DNA of 64,000 nucleotides, taken from positions 3,237-67,236 of the forward strand of contig JAGFCA010000028.1 in assembly GCA_022394755.1 (NCBI GenBank), read 5' to 3'. Within the stretch, counting starts at the first letter, position 1, and every line of letters begins with the position of its first letter. Of the stretch, positions 63,782 through 64,000 are shown in pieces. A model generated the notes under the pieces. The model did not search any database and was not told the DNA's origin. It was given only the letters and a program-made list of their open reading frames with translations. A program made the translations under genes and the position numbers. Source of the DNA: Candidatus Poribacteria bacterium. GTDB taxonomy: Bacteria; Poribacteria; WGA-4E; WGA-3G.

Positions 63782-63862
63782 TTGACTTGAGTCGTATAGC
63801 ATGGTATACTACTTTTTCCATTAGAGAATGGATTTGACTTAAGTTCGGATTTAGGGTATATT
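63782..63862 (+). promoter_or_regulatory. Tandem sigma-70 promoters upstream of tRNA-Ala(UGC)
   Basis: P1 is TTGACT, 17 bp, TATACT (63782-63810). P2 is TTGACT, 17 bp, TATATT (63834-63862). The tRNA starts at 63882. Confidence 0.5.
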
Positions 63863-63881
63863 TGAAATATACCAGACGCGA

Positions 63882-63954
63882 GGGGGTGTAGCTCAGCTGG
63901 GAGAGCAACTGCTTTGCACGCAGTAGGTCAGCGGTTCAACTCCGCTCATCTCCA
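63882..63954 (+). tRNA. tRNA-Ala (anticodon UGC)
   Basis: Acceptor GGGGGTG with G3:U70. D-arm GCTC-AGCTGGGA-GAGC. Anticodon loop UUUGCAC. T-loop TTCAACT. No CCA. Confidence 0.8.
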
Positions 63955-64000
63955 TCGTCTATCAGAGGTAATTTATCTTCTGAACATTAGACGGCGTTCT

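Noticed and set aside
62245-63881. Searched for rRNA genes next to tRNA-Ala(UGC) and for CRISPR arrays in the AT-rich blocks
   Set aside because: No 16S/23S-like conserved stretches were found. The repeats present are dispersed inverted copies, not regularly spaced direct repeats with unique spacers.

Overview
Bacterial chromosomal window of low-to-moderate GC, judged by eye, spanning the replication-origin neighbourhood. The core housekeeping genes present are mnmG-rsmG, recR-ybaB-dnaX, ispH, rpmH, dnaA, recF, a DUF721/DciA-like gene, gyrB and gyrA. dnaN is absent between dnaA and recF. The DnaA-box cluster plus an AT-rich unwinding element lies downstream of dnaA at about 50150-50627. A stable-RNA cluster at 25303-26959 on the minus strand carries a large Bacillus-type SRP RNA, all four tRNA-Ser isoacceptors, tRNA-Ala(CGC), and tRNA-Arg(ACG) next to tadA. 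Accessory content includes an ECF sigma-TM-WD40 fusion, a partner-switching signalling cassette, a degenerate AccD-like zinc-ribbon protein coupled to galK and a ROK kinase, and an octaheme cytochrome c with a His-rich membrane partner. It also includes a GH2 hydrolase, and an AT-rich two-gene island encoding a Dcm-type C5-methyltransferase translationally coupled to a GHKL-ATPase with a C-terminal PD-(D/E)xK nuclease domain; that candidate restriction/defence module is the best candidate for a novel system. About 400 bp of noncoding DNA at 27022-27417 is repeated in inverted orientation at 62373-63380, where it is interrupted by a 620 bp insertion. Together the two copies bracket the roughly 35 kb segment that contains the origin.
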